64,000 bases of DNA from a bacterium (GTDB lineage: Bacteria; Zhuqueibacterota; Zhuqueibacteria; Residuimicrobiales; Krinioviventaceae): positions 192,001 through 256,000 of the forward strand of contig CAXXFV010000006.1 of assembly GCA_963674595.2 (NCBI GenBank), written 5' to 3'. A program made the translations under genes and the position numbers. Position 1 is the first letter of the stretch. Each line of letters opens with the position of its first letter. The notes beneath the pieces are model-generated. The model saw only the letters and a program-made list of their open reading frames with translations, did no database searches and had not been told where the DNA came from. Positions 21,801 through 29,885 of this stretch are shown in pieces.

Positions 21801-23286
21801 ATTCAAAAACATGTTCATTACCATGAACGTATATTCCCTGAAAGTCACTGTTGAAAATTTCATTATGCCGGATTTTGTTACCGCATCCGTCAACAATAAT
21901 ACCGGCCCATAAAAATTTATTACGACGGTTGTAATCATGGACCCGGCAGTTTTCCACAAGGCAATTTCCATTTATCAGATTTTTTTTATCTCCGCCGCTG
22001 AGGTAAATCCCGCCGCAACCGGTATTATAAACATCACAACTGATGATCCAATGATTATTGCCGCCGTCCCTGTCCCATGTTGTGTATTTGTATAATTGAG
22101 GTATTAAAGTACCGATTGTTCGTGAAACAGGTACACCGTCATAATCATCATGGGTAATATGTGGAAAGGTTTGTTTGGCTCCCTTTCCCATTAAAATACC
22201 AATCGTCCCCATATTACGGATCGTACATCCGGCAATGGTATTATAACCGCCACCTTCGATATAGATTCCCATATCGCGGGCATTCTCAAAAATCAGTCCC
22301 TGTATATTTACAAAAGAGACATGATCAAGGACAAACATAGGTTCATCAACAATGGAAATAGAAATTTTAGAATTTGAAATGTCTTCCGGCGGCCAGAAAT
22401 ACAACATTCCGGTATTTTTATCAACATACCATTCGCCGGGTGAATCCAGTTCTTCAAGAATGTTAAGAGCATAATAATGACGATAATTTTTGCCTGTGTC
22501 AATCCCATACATGTGCGGTGTGGCTAGCTTGACAAGGTGTTTATCCGGATCAATCCAATCAACTTTAATTTTGTCATCTGCATAACCCCATTTAAATGTT
22601 CCCTGAAACCACACATCATCCAATCCCTGCCATTTTTCATGACGGTCATCTGTGTATTCAAAAATGCCGCCGCGAATATTTTCATAATCTTTAATTCTTG
22701 GAATAGAACCGGTATCATGCACTTTACCGATCAGCATATAACCATCGTTGGGATAACGGGCAAGTGTCATCACCTCGTTGTTAAAATAAAGCTCCATAGG
22801 CGCTGTAACAACCGGCAGTGCGTGCCCGTATTGCTGGTGTTTGCCGAAATTTGTTACTCCCAGCTTTTTGAGATTTATCTCCAATATATGAGGCCGGGCA
22901 TTTTCTTCCAGCCTTTTTAATATTTTTTTGTCTGTTACCTGAGAAAATAAGGACGGGTTCAGGTCCATACCGCCGCTGATAATTACCTTTTCGTCCGGAT
23001 AATTTCGATAAACAACAGGAAAGCTGTCAACTCCGGAGTCCTGTTCGAGTAATTCAAATGATTTGGATAAATTATAGGTTCCTTCACGCAGCCAAACATT
23101 AACATCGGTTTCAGATGAGAAAGGTTTTTCGGCACGAATCGCATCTCGTGCTTTTTCAAGGGTGGCAAATGGTTCTTCAAACGTTCCCGGGTTATCGTCT
23201 GAACCATTGGGAGAGATGTAATAATCAAGTGAATAGGAGGTGGACGTCAAAAAAAAACAAACAAGAAATAGATATATTTTTTTCAT
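18874..23286 (-). CDS. Secreted right-handed parallel beta-helix protein (GH141-like/pectate-lyase fold) made of two tandem homologous modules
   Basis: Signal peptide MKKIYLFL after GAGG. Each half carries ISP.G.D.NPGT..EPF..LEKARDAIR, LARYPN, E(L/I)DSPGEWY, G..IR.NFFHH and (I/V)YFDD. Confidence 0.85.
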   Translation of the reverse strand: MKKIYLFLVCFFLTSTSYSLDYYISPNGSDDNPGTFEEPFATLEKARDAIRAEKPFSSETDVNVWLREGTYNLSKSFELLEQDSGVDSFPVVYRNYPDEKVIISGGMDLNPSLFSQVTDKKILKRLEENARPHILEINLKKLGVTNFGKHQQYGHALPVVTAPMELYFNNEVMTLARYPNDGYMLIGKVHDTGSIPRIKDYENIRGGIFEYTDDRHEKWQGLDDVWFQGTFKWGYADDKIKVDWIDPDKHLVKLATPHMYGIDTGKNYRHYYALNILEELDSPGEWYVDKNTGMLYFWPPEDISNSKISISIVDEPMFVLDHVSFVNIQGLIFENARDMGIYIEGGGYNTIAGCTIRNMGTIGILMGKGAKQTFPHITHDDYDGVPVSRTIGTLIPQLYKYTTWDRDGGNNHWIISCDVYNTGCGGIYLSGGDKKNLINGNCLVENCRVHDYNRRNKFLWAGIIVDGCGNKIRHNEIFNSDFQGIYVHGNEHVFEYNHLHHLTLNSNDTSPWYNGRDPSDRGLVIRNNFFHHCGNPDREWTMGIYFDDAAGGGLVEGNILYKVGSFGTIYSNAGHDITVRNNILIEGYGPALTLKSMWYDFGQYQIDYYFGENSVYRTRLMESLDITKPPYSTTYPELVNWLDLMDDGVTYVGMRPKNNLFENNVIYKYGETFRLVGEHAQFDFKNNYITNQDPGFVNYETMDFQLRDNSIVYKKIPEFQKIPFEEMGLYRDEFRTTLPEDDIHYASEFFISPEGNDNNPGTFSEPFKSLEKARDAIRTIPAQHRDSLTVWLRGGYYPLKQSFELLEKDSGTKDSPIIYSAWPGEKVYISGGQKIPTNAFEKVSDNNVLKQIISTEAQNNLYQVNLKSFGISNFGEHKKFGHGLPVVTAPLEVFINNEKMPLARYPNNSAILIGKIIDTGSIPRWGDYENIRGGIFEYTDKRHEKWVGIDDIWFQGTFKWGYADDKIKVEWINPEAGQVKLTTPHMYGLGSGAPYQQYVALNILAEIDSPGEWYVDKNTGMLYIWPPENFENAEIEVSELETPMLVLDNASYVNFENVFFQVTRGMGIYIEGGQNNLIAGCTIRNCGTIGIMMGKGAMQTFPHITGVDYTGVPVSREIGSLTSYSYMNTTWDRHPGKNHGILSCDVYNTGSGGILLDGGSKKELVPGNCFVENCRVYDFQLRNRSQWPGIKVYGCGNRVSHCEVFNAALQAIMVAGNEHLFEYNHIHHVTLNSNDASAWYIGRNPSDRGNVIRYNFFHHVGRVDRKWTMCVYFDDAACDGLVEGNVFYKAGSFGTVYSNGGQDITVRNNIFIEGYGPVLQQKSMWWDFALDSKEYYFGDDGIYRNRLTKHIDIKKEPYRSAYPNLVNWLDLIPGSDIYYGMLPARNTFENNVSVKYDETYRLVGLNTQFKFKNNYVTKEDPGFIDAENMDFKLKDDSVVYEKVPDFQKIPFDEIGLYIDNYRTQLPVTGE

Positions 23287-23305
23287 GATATTCCTCAAGT
23301 TAGAT

Positions 23306-24334
23306 TCAAATCAGGGGTGTATAATGTCCAAAGTTTCTGAATGCCCGGCACATAACTCTTAGTTTATCCTGGTCTAAACTAATTGCCTCGGGTGTTGTAT
23401 AGGCCATACTGACCAATCCTCCGTTAAACCCGCCGAGTGTTTTAACCATTTTTTGAACATAATTTTCTATATCCTTAGCAGAACCGTGGACCATTATATT
23501 TTGTATATCAACCGGGCACCAAAAGGCAAGTTTGCCTCCTGCTTTGTCAGCCAGATTTTCGAGTCCCATATTTTGCTGCTGGTCCATTTGCACAACGTTT
23601 AATCCTGCATTAATCAAATCAGGCAACAAGTCTATAATATAGCCACAGGAATGCATCCATACATCCATACCAAGAGAATGGGCAAGTGTCCAGTTTTCCC
23701 TATAGTGAGGAATGAAAAACTCGTTAATGAGTTCTCTGGAAATCATTAACCGGTTTTGCAAACCCCAGTCGTCATAAGCCATAACACCATCGCAACCCAG
23801 TCCGGCGAGCAGTTTTATGGATTGCCGCTGCTGTTCGGCAAACCGGGCAATCAATTCTTTTAAAAAATTCGGATGTTCATAATAACTCATGAACATATTT
23901 TCCAGTCCGATGATGTTATGAATGCCCTCATTCAAAGAACTGAATCCCATGACTCCCAAAACATATTTTGGATTATCGCTGTTTTGGTTTTCCTGTATGG
24001 CTTGTTTTGTATGAATATAATAAGACGGATTATTCCGGTCCGGAAATTTATATAAATGGTGCTGCGTTAAATCGCTGATAGGATAAGACTTTGCCTGGCC
24101 CATGTCTGTTTCGTTTCCTGCCCGGCGTTCCCATGTAACTCCCCAGGCATCTATGCGCTGGTCGATTTGACCTTTGTTTTTCCACGATTGAATATCTGCC
24201 GGACCAAGGTTTTTCCCGGTTGTCCAGGGAGCTGCCCAAAGTACATCGTTTGGTTGACCATCGGGTAAATAATGGGGGACATGGTCGGGATTTTCAAAGT
24301 GGATAGCGCGTTTAACTCGCTCTCGTGATGTCAT
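23306..24334 (-). CDS. UroD/MtaA-CmuA superfamily protein, paralog 5 (HSCG type)
   Basis: MTSRERV.RAI.F..PD.VP, DAWGVTW, IIGLEN, YDDWGLQNRLMIS, WMHSCG, F.CPVDIQ. Confidence 0.85.
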   Translation of the reverse strand: MTSRERVKRAIHFENPDHVPHYLPDGQPNDVLWAAPWTTGKNLGPADIQSWKNKGQIDQRIDAWGVTWERRAGNETDMGQAKSYPISDLTQHHLYKFPDRNNPSYYIHTKQAIQENQNSDNPKYVLGVMGFSSLNEGIHNIIGLENMFMSYYEHPNFLKELIARFAEQQRQSIKLLAGLGCDGVMAYDDWGLQNRLMISRELINEFFIPHYRENWTLAHSLGMDVWMHSCGYIIDLLPDLINAGLNVVQMDQQQNMGLENLADKAGGKLAFWCPVDIQNIMVHGSAKDIENYVQKMVKTLGGFNGGLVSMAYTTPEAISLDQDKLRVMCRAFRNFGHYTPLI

Positions 24335-24460
24335 GTCGTTTGTATTGGTAATATTTAGATTTCTATTGATTTTAGGTGTATATCAGATAATCATTTTTCA
24401 GGATATTTCCAAGTGTTTTCTATAGAAGTTTGTTGATGGATAATATTATGAAAAGAATTT

Positions 24461-25744
24461 TTAAAATAACGGAAAATGATCCTTGTTCGCTTTTTTTAAT
24501 GCCGCCCACACTTTTTCAAGTTGTGATTCTTTTGGTCCCAAAGGATGGGTGAGCATAGCTTTTTTAATCAGGGATTCATCCCTGTTCATATATCCTTCAA
24601 TCGTCAGCCGTTCAAAGTTTTTAATTGTATGAATCAAACCGAGGGTTGCCTTGTTTGCTCCGCCGATTGATTTTGTAACAGGCCCGCTTTTCGTAAGAAA
24701 GGCCGGAATTTCCAGTACATAATCCGAAGGGATATTGTCAACCGTGTCTTTATTCAACGTATTTATAATATGAATTTTGTTAGCATCTGTTTCAATGTCA
24801 TGAATCAATTCTGTTGCAACGGTTGAATACATAAATCCGCCGCGCTGACTGAGCTGCTCCGGTTTTTCCGTCAGGGTTTCCTGTTTGTACAACTCTAACA
24901 ATTCGTCTTCAATTTTTAATATGACCTGTCCCCGTGTTCCTTTAGAGTCGCGGTCTATGTATTCACTTTCCAGCATTTTGTCGGTCATGTAAAAATAACG
25001 CAAATAGGGATTGGGCAAAAGTCGCAGTTTTTTCAAAAAATCAGGTTCATAATCGGTAGCCGGAATATTTTTCATGTTGAGATTAAAACGCTGCCACATT
25101 TCATCGGTACGGTCTTTTTCGTTAATAAACACCTGTTCGGCCCAGCTTAAATGGTTCAAGCCGTAATATTTTAAAAACACATCATCTCTGGTCACGTCAA
25201 ATGATTTGGCCGATTCAAGAACAAACTCTATAGGCACATTACACAGTCCGATACATTTTTCATAATGGAGATAGTTTAACATGAATTCGGAAAGCATGCC
25301 GGACGGGTTGGAAAAACTGATGATCCAGGGATTGTTGCCATATTTTCGTGCCAGCTCAACATATTTTTCAACAATGGGAAATGCACGAAGACCGCAGGCC
25401 ATTCCTCCCATACCGGTTGTTTCCTGTCCGATTAATCCGAATTCCAGGGGAATTGTTTCATCGTTTATGCGTCCCGGCATAAGCCCGGCCCGGAACTGGA
25501 ACAGCAGATAATCCGCACCCTTGATGGCCTGTTCAGGATCATAACCTGTTTTTAAAACAATAGATGACTTGCTTGAAGTCAACATTCGTTGTGCAAACGC
25601 AGAGACGATTGCAAATTTTTCACGACTCTCCTCAATATCCAGCATATATATTTCATCGATGCGGACTATATTTGAGATATGCACCAGTCCTTCGATTAGT
25701 TCCGGTGTATAGGTGCTGCCGCCGCCAATGATACAAATTTTCAT
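24461..25744 (-). CDS. GH4 6-phospho-beta-glucosidase (NAD+/metal dependent)
   Basis: MKICIIGGGSTYTPEL, DETIPL.FGLIGQETTGMGG, NPSG, IGLCNVP, YGLNHL, PNPYLRYFY, RGG..YS. Confidence 0.92.
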   Translation of the reverse strand: MKICIIGGGSTYTPELIEGLVHISNIVRIDEIYMLDIEESREKFAIVSAFAQRMLTSSKSSIVLKTGYDPEQAIKGADYLLFQFRAGLMPGRINDETIPLEFGLIGQETTGMGGMACGLRAFPIVEKYVELARKYGNNPWIISFSNPSGMLSEFMLNYLHYEKCIGLCNVPIEFVLESAKSFDVTRDDVFLKYYGLNHLSWAEQVFINEKDRTDEMWQRFNLNMKNIPATDYEPDFLKKLRLLPNPYLRYFYMTDKMLESEYIDRDSKGTRGQVILKIEDELLELYKQETLTEKPEQLSQRGGFMYSTVATELIHDIETDANKIHIINTLNKDTVDNIPSDYVLEIPAFLTKSGPVTKSIGGANKATLGLIHTIKNFERLTIEGYMNRDESLIKKAMLTHPLGPKESQLEKVWAALKKANKDHFPLF

Positions 25745-26724
25745 GACAACTGCTCCGCTGTTTGGTAGGATTGTATAATTTTTTCGGCAAAGGAATCACT
25801 TATGTTGACGCCGCTGCCTTTTAAAGCTAAAAAGACCGCACCAAGGACTGCGTCGTGATCGGGGATAACAATATCAAGATCATATTTTTGATGCAGGGCC
25901 AATTCTATCATCTTGGTAAATGGCTGGTAACGCTCTTTAAAAACCGAACCTTCCAAAACAAGGGTAAATTTTTGATCACGAAACATGGCGTTGTAAAATT
26001 CATTTACAATTTTTAAAACCTCTTTAACCATGTTCCAGCAAATTTCCAGGGCCTTGCCGTCATATTCGAGCGCACAGGAAAATAATATCGGTAATATTTT
26101 GCGGACCTGATTATCGTCGATTTCCATGTTGACAAGCTCGCTCAAACTTTTAACGGAATAAGCTTTACTTATTCTGCTCGTCAGGATGGTCGGTTCGTCG
26201 CGACCGTCTTCCGAACGCATGGCGGCAATGAGGGTATACGAGGCAATAGCATGGCCGCCCAATACGTCTCCTAAAAATTCGCATAATCCTCCAATTCGCA
26301 TGTGTTTACCGGACGGACTCTGAACACAATTTGTATTCGCCGTACCGCATGTTACCACCATACCTGGATTGCCAAAAGTTCCGTTATGAAGGGCTATCCA
26401 GCCGTCATTTTCAAAATCAAAAGGGCGGTCCGGCAGTACCTGGGCAAAACTTTTATTAAGAATTATAAAGTCTTCCGGCGAGTCGGCTCCGGCAGCGCCG
26501 AAATAAATAAAAGAAATTTGTTCTGCAGAAATGTTAAACTTTTTTAACAGTTTTTGGACGGCGGTCTGTAACTGATGACGCATTTCCGCTTCACCGATGT
26601 TTTGATAATTGGTCCCCTTGTCTTTAAGTTTCGCCAGGACCTGACCTGAATGCTCTACAAGCGCATAGGAAGTTTTGGTGTTTCCGATATCAACGCCGAT
26701 GACGTATTGTTTTTCTTTATTCAT
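25741..26724 (-). CDS. BadF/BadG/BcrA/BcrD (ASKHA) family sugar kinase, N-acetylglucosamine-kinase-like
   Basis: IGVDIGNTKT, GAAGAD, ENDG..AL, VVTCGTA, LGD..GG, LEGSVF, AVLGA. ATGA overlap with GH4. Confidence 0.85.
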   Translation of the reverse strand: MNKEKQYVIGVDIGNTKTSYALVEHSGQVLAKLKDKGTNYQNIGEAEMRHQLQTAVQKLLKKFNISAEQISFIYFGAAGADSPEDFIILNKSFAQVLPDRPFDFENDGWIALHNGTFGNPGMVVTCGTANTNCVQSPSGKHMRIGGLCEFLGDVLGGHAIASYTLIAAMRSEDGRDEPTILTSRISKAYSVKSLSELVNMEIDDNQVRKILPILFSCALEYDGKALEICWNMVKEVLKIVNEFYNAMFRDQKFTLVLEGSVFKERYQPFTKMIELALHQKYDLDIVIPDHDAVLGAVFLALKGSGVNISDSFAEKIIQSYQTAEQLS

Positions 26725-26932
26725 TATTTTTCTCCATGTATATTGTAGTTAATTTACAAAATTATCAAAATATATCAAAACCGAAACAACAGGAGATTGT
26801 TTGTTTATCCGAATTATAAGATTAATTATGTTTTTATCCATAAAATTCTGATTATGTATTTACTTTTTTCTGTAAAATTAATATGTTTAATTGAATCAAT
26901 GGTTAATGAATTCCTAAAACAGAGGTGTCATC

Positions 26933-28200
26933 ATGACTGACTGTATAACCCGAAGAGAGTTTATTGCCTCAGCAACTGCCGGAAGCGCCGGCCTGGCCCT
27001 GTCATGTGCTTCCACGCAGCCTGTATCCAGTTACAAACGTATCATCGGTGCAAATGACCGTATTTCCATAGGCATGATCGGCTGCGGCAGCCGGGCCCTT
27101 TATGGGCACATGCCCGGTGTGTATAAACATAATGAAACACAAAATATAGAATTTACCGCCTTGTGTGATCCCTGGTCTGTGGCACGCGACGAAGCAAATG
27201 CCCAGGTTAAAGAGTGGTATGGCCGCGATGCCCGTCAGGCGGTTTCCTACCGGCAATTACTGGAATTTAAAAACCTTGATGCGGTTATGATCGCTTCCTG
27301 CGACCATCAGCATACCACCCACTTACAGGCTGTTGCTCAGGCCGGACTTGATGTTTATGTTGAAAAACCTCTGGGAATGGAACTGGAACGGGCTAAAAAG
27401 GCTGTAAAAGCTGTTAAAGATGCAGGGATCATCTGTCAGGTGGGCACCCAGTTGCGGAGTATGGGGTCTTTTACCGGATGCCGTGATCTTTATAAAACCG
27501 GTATTCTCGGAACAGTCAGCCGGATTGAACAGTGCCGAAATGCCGAAAAACCCTATTGGTATAGTCGTTTAAAAGAAGTCAGAGAGCAGGATGTGGACTG
27601 GAAAGAGTTTCTCATGCACCGGACAATGCGTCCGTTTAATCCGGATGTCTATTCCGGCTGGTATGGCTATCGGGAATTTTCCGACGGCACCATACCCGGA
27701 TGGGGAAGTCATTACATCGATCTGGTGCACTATATCACCGGCGCTCAATTTCCGGATAGCTGCGTTTGCTCAGGAGGGACTTATACATGGCAAGACCAGT
27801 ACAACTTTACCTGTCCGGACCATGTTCAGGCACTGTGGACCTATCCGGAAGGGTTTATGGTGAGTTATTCGACAAACTGCGGCAACAGTTACGGTGATTC
27901 ATTTAAAATGTTCGGCGATCAGGGCGTGTTGAAACTGGACCACTGGAGCCAACCCGTTTTAACAGCAGAAGGAGGGAGCAAAAATAAAGGTGTTATTGGG
28001 GTGAAAACATTGTTGAAGAAGTGCCGCGACCGGACCATTTTCTGAACTGGCTGCAGTGTATCCGCAATCGTAAAACACCCCATGCGCCCATAGAAGCCGG
28101 TTATCAGCATGCTGTGACTGTGATTATGGCCATGCTGGCCTATGATAAAGGACGTAAGGTTTTCTACGATCCGATAAAGCAGAAATTCAATTTGAGCTAG
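26933..28200 (+). CDS. Tat-exported Gfo/Idh/MocA family oxidoreductase; -1 frameshift near 27998-28001
   Basis: TRREFI Tat motif, GANDRI.IGMIGCG, DAVMIASCDHQH, YVEKP, WGSHYID. The repaired frame continues DHFLNWLQCIR...IEAGYQH to TAG at 28200. Confidence 0.88.
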
Positions 28201-28270
28201 TTTATATATAAAAAAGCCCTGATAAAAATTTTCAGGACTTTTAATTTTTAATATAGCGTATTGTAAAAAA

Positions 28271-28693
28271 TCAGGATTCCGGAATAACCATAAAAGTTGC
28301 ACTATTGCGGGAAATATTTTTTCCTTTTTCGTTACGAACAATGGTGTCGACGATGATAAGACGGCGTCCTCTTTTAAATACTGTTGCTTCTGCGGTCAGT
28401 CGTCCTTCAGAAGCCATGGAAAGAAAATTGTTTTTAAGCTCAATGGTGGTGACCGTTTCTCCCGGAGAGAGTGTGGTCATAGCTGCATGGGCAGCCGTCT
28501 CGTCGGACAAGGCTACATAGAGACCACCCTGAACAACGCCTGCTTCCTGAAGAAATTCGGGACGAATGTCCATGCCGAAACGGGCATATCCTTCTTTGAG
28601 TTCTTCAACACAAATTCCCATAAAATCAAGAAAGGGATTGGCTACATTTTCCCCGGCCCTAAGTTTTTGTAAATATAAGCTAATATCAACCAT
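28271..28693 (-). CDS. PaaI family hotdog-fold thioesterase
   Basis: PF.DFMGI, GVVQGG..VALSDE, TIELK.NFL, KRGRR. Confidence 0.85.
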   Translation of the reverse strand: MVDISLYLQKLRAGENVANPFLDFMGICVEELKEGYARFGMDIRPEFLQEAGVVQGGLYVALSDETAAHAAMTTLSPGETVTTIELKNNFLSMASEGRLTAEATVFKRGRRLIIVDTIVRNEKGKNISRNSATFMVIPES

Positions 28694-28853
28694 CGTTTGT
28701 CTCCGTCTGTCTGTTTGTCAAAATACTGGTAGAAAAGATTGTAAGAGAAATTCAGAAAAATATATAAATCCATAACGATTCTATAATACAGATTATAGAA
28801 AACCAAGGCAAGCTATTTTTTAGAGGAAAGGAAGGATTCACAAAATGATTTAT

Positions 28854-28880
28854 ACAGGGATTAAAATTTCTAATCCCTGT
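28854..28880. terminator. Hairpin, probable terminator downstream of the flavodoxin-like gene
   Basis: Perfect 10-bp stem ACAGGGATTA / TAATCCCTGT with a 7-nt loop. Confidence 0.6.
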
Positions 28881-28916
28881 AAATAGCAAATAGAAAATAC
28901 TTGAAAGCTAAACGCT

Positions 28917-29759
28917 TTATTTGGCAATTTCAGTTTCAAATGAATTGAGGGGTTCGGCAAACATGGCGGAGAAAGCCTGCGGGCCAACCTTTTTTTTCAT
29001 GACAATTTTTATGATCTTAACCGGCAGTCTGCCAATAAATTTTTTAACAGGATTTATTTTAATCGGGTAAAAGAAATCGTTATTTAACCATCCTTTTTCT
29101 TTCCAATATTCATAGTCATAAGGCAATTTTTCACGATGGATAATAACTTTTGTTTTGAGTTTATTAAAAAATTGTAATGCCGGTACGGAAGGTTCGGGGG
29201 TTGTTTGAGAATTCAGACACTCTAAAAATTTTGAAACACTTTTTTCAACTTTGTGTAATACTTTATCACGATAAGGACCTTTCACTTTGAAAGCATCCGG
29301 GATGATTCCGATTTTATCAATGACATGAAATCCCCAACAGGTAATAGGGAAAGCCATATATTTCATGGTTTCTCCCATACCACTCAATTCTGTAGAACTG
29401 ATGATTAAAGCGGGTTTATTATGAAAAGCCGGACGATGCATGAGAAAAACAAAACGGTCGAAAAAGTTTTTTAGCACGGCTGAAACCTGATGTTCGTAGA
29501 CCGGTGAACAGAAAATCATGCCGTCTGCTGTAAGGATTTTATCTCTAATGATCGGGACATCATCTTTTATCGGGCATTTCTGTTCGCCTTTTTTCATACA
29601 AAGCATACACCCACGGCAAAATTCAATGTTATGCTCACGTAGAAAAATGTATTCAAATTGAATTTCATGCGGGGCCATTTGAGCTTCGATCTCTTTAACG
29701 AATTTTGATGTGTCACCGTTTTTCCTGGGACTTCCTGAAATGACGAATACTTTTTTCAT
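28917..29759 (-). CDS. Flavodoxin-like NADPH-dependent FMN reductase / iron-sulfur flavoprotein family
   Basis: ISGSPRKNG.T, CRGCMLC...C.IKDD, ADG.IF.SPVY, LKNFFDR. Confidence 0.88.
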   Translation of the reverse strand: MKKVFVISGSPRKNGDTSKFVKEIEAQMAPHEIQFEYIFLREHNIEFCRGCMLCMKKGEQKCPIKDDVPIIRDKILTADGMIFCSPVYEHQVSAVLKNFFDRFVFLMHRPAFHNKPALIISSTELSGMGETMKYMAFPITCWGFHVIDKIGIIPDAFKVKGPYRDKVLHKVEKSVSKFLECLNSQTTPEPSVPALQFFNKLKTKVIIHREKLPYDYEYWKEKGWLNNDFFYPIKINPVKKFIGRLPVKIIKIVMKKKVGPQAFSAMFAEPLNSFETEIAK

Positions 29760-29885
29760 GTTCCACCTTTGGCTTTAAACCGATTTTTTTCTGACTGGTA
29801 ATATTTTTTTTATTGGATTTAATTAGAATAATAAAGCTTTTTCTATTTTGTGGATTTGAAAAATGATTTTATTAATTATAACAAA

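Noticed and set aside
7608-24334. Calling the UroD-like genes hemE (heme biosynthesis)
   Set aside because: They lack the HemE N-terminal W.MRQAGR signature, carry metal-ligand motifs instead, and have no hem genes nearby.
25741-26724. BadF-family ATPase as a corrinoid reductive activator (RACE)
   Set aside because: It is only 327 aa, has no Fe-S cysteine cluster motif, shows sugar-kinase motifs, and is coupled to GH4.
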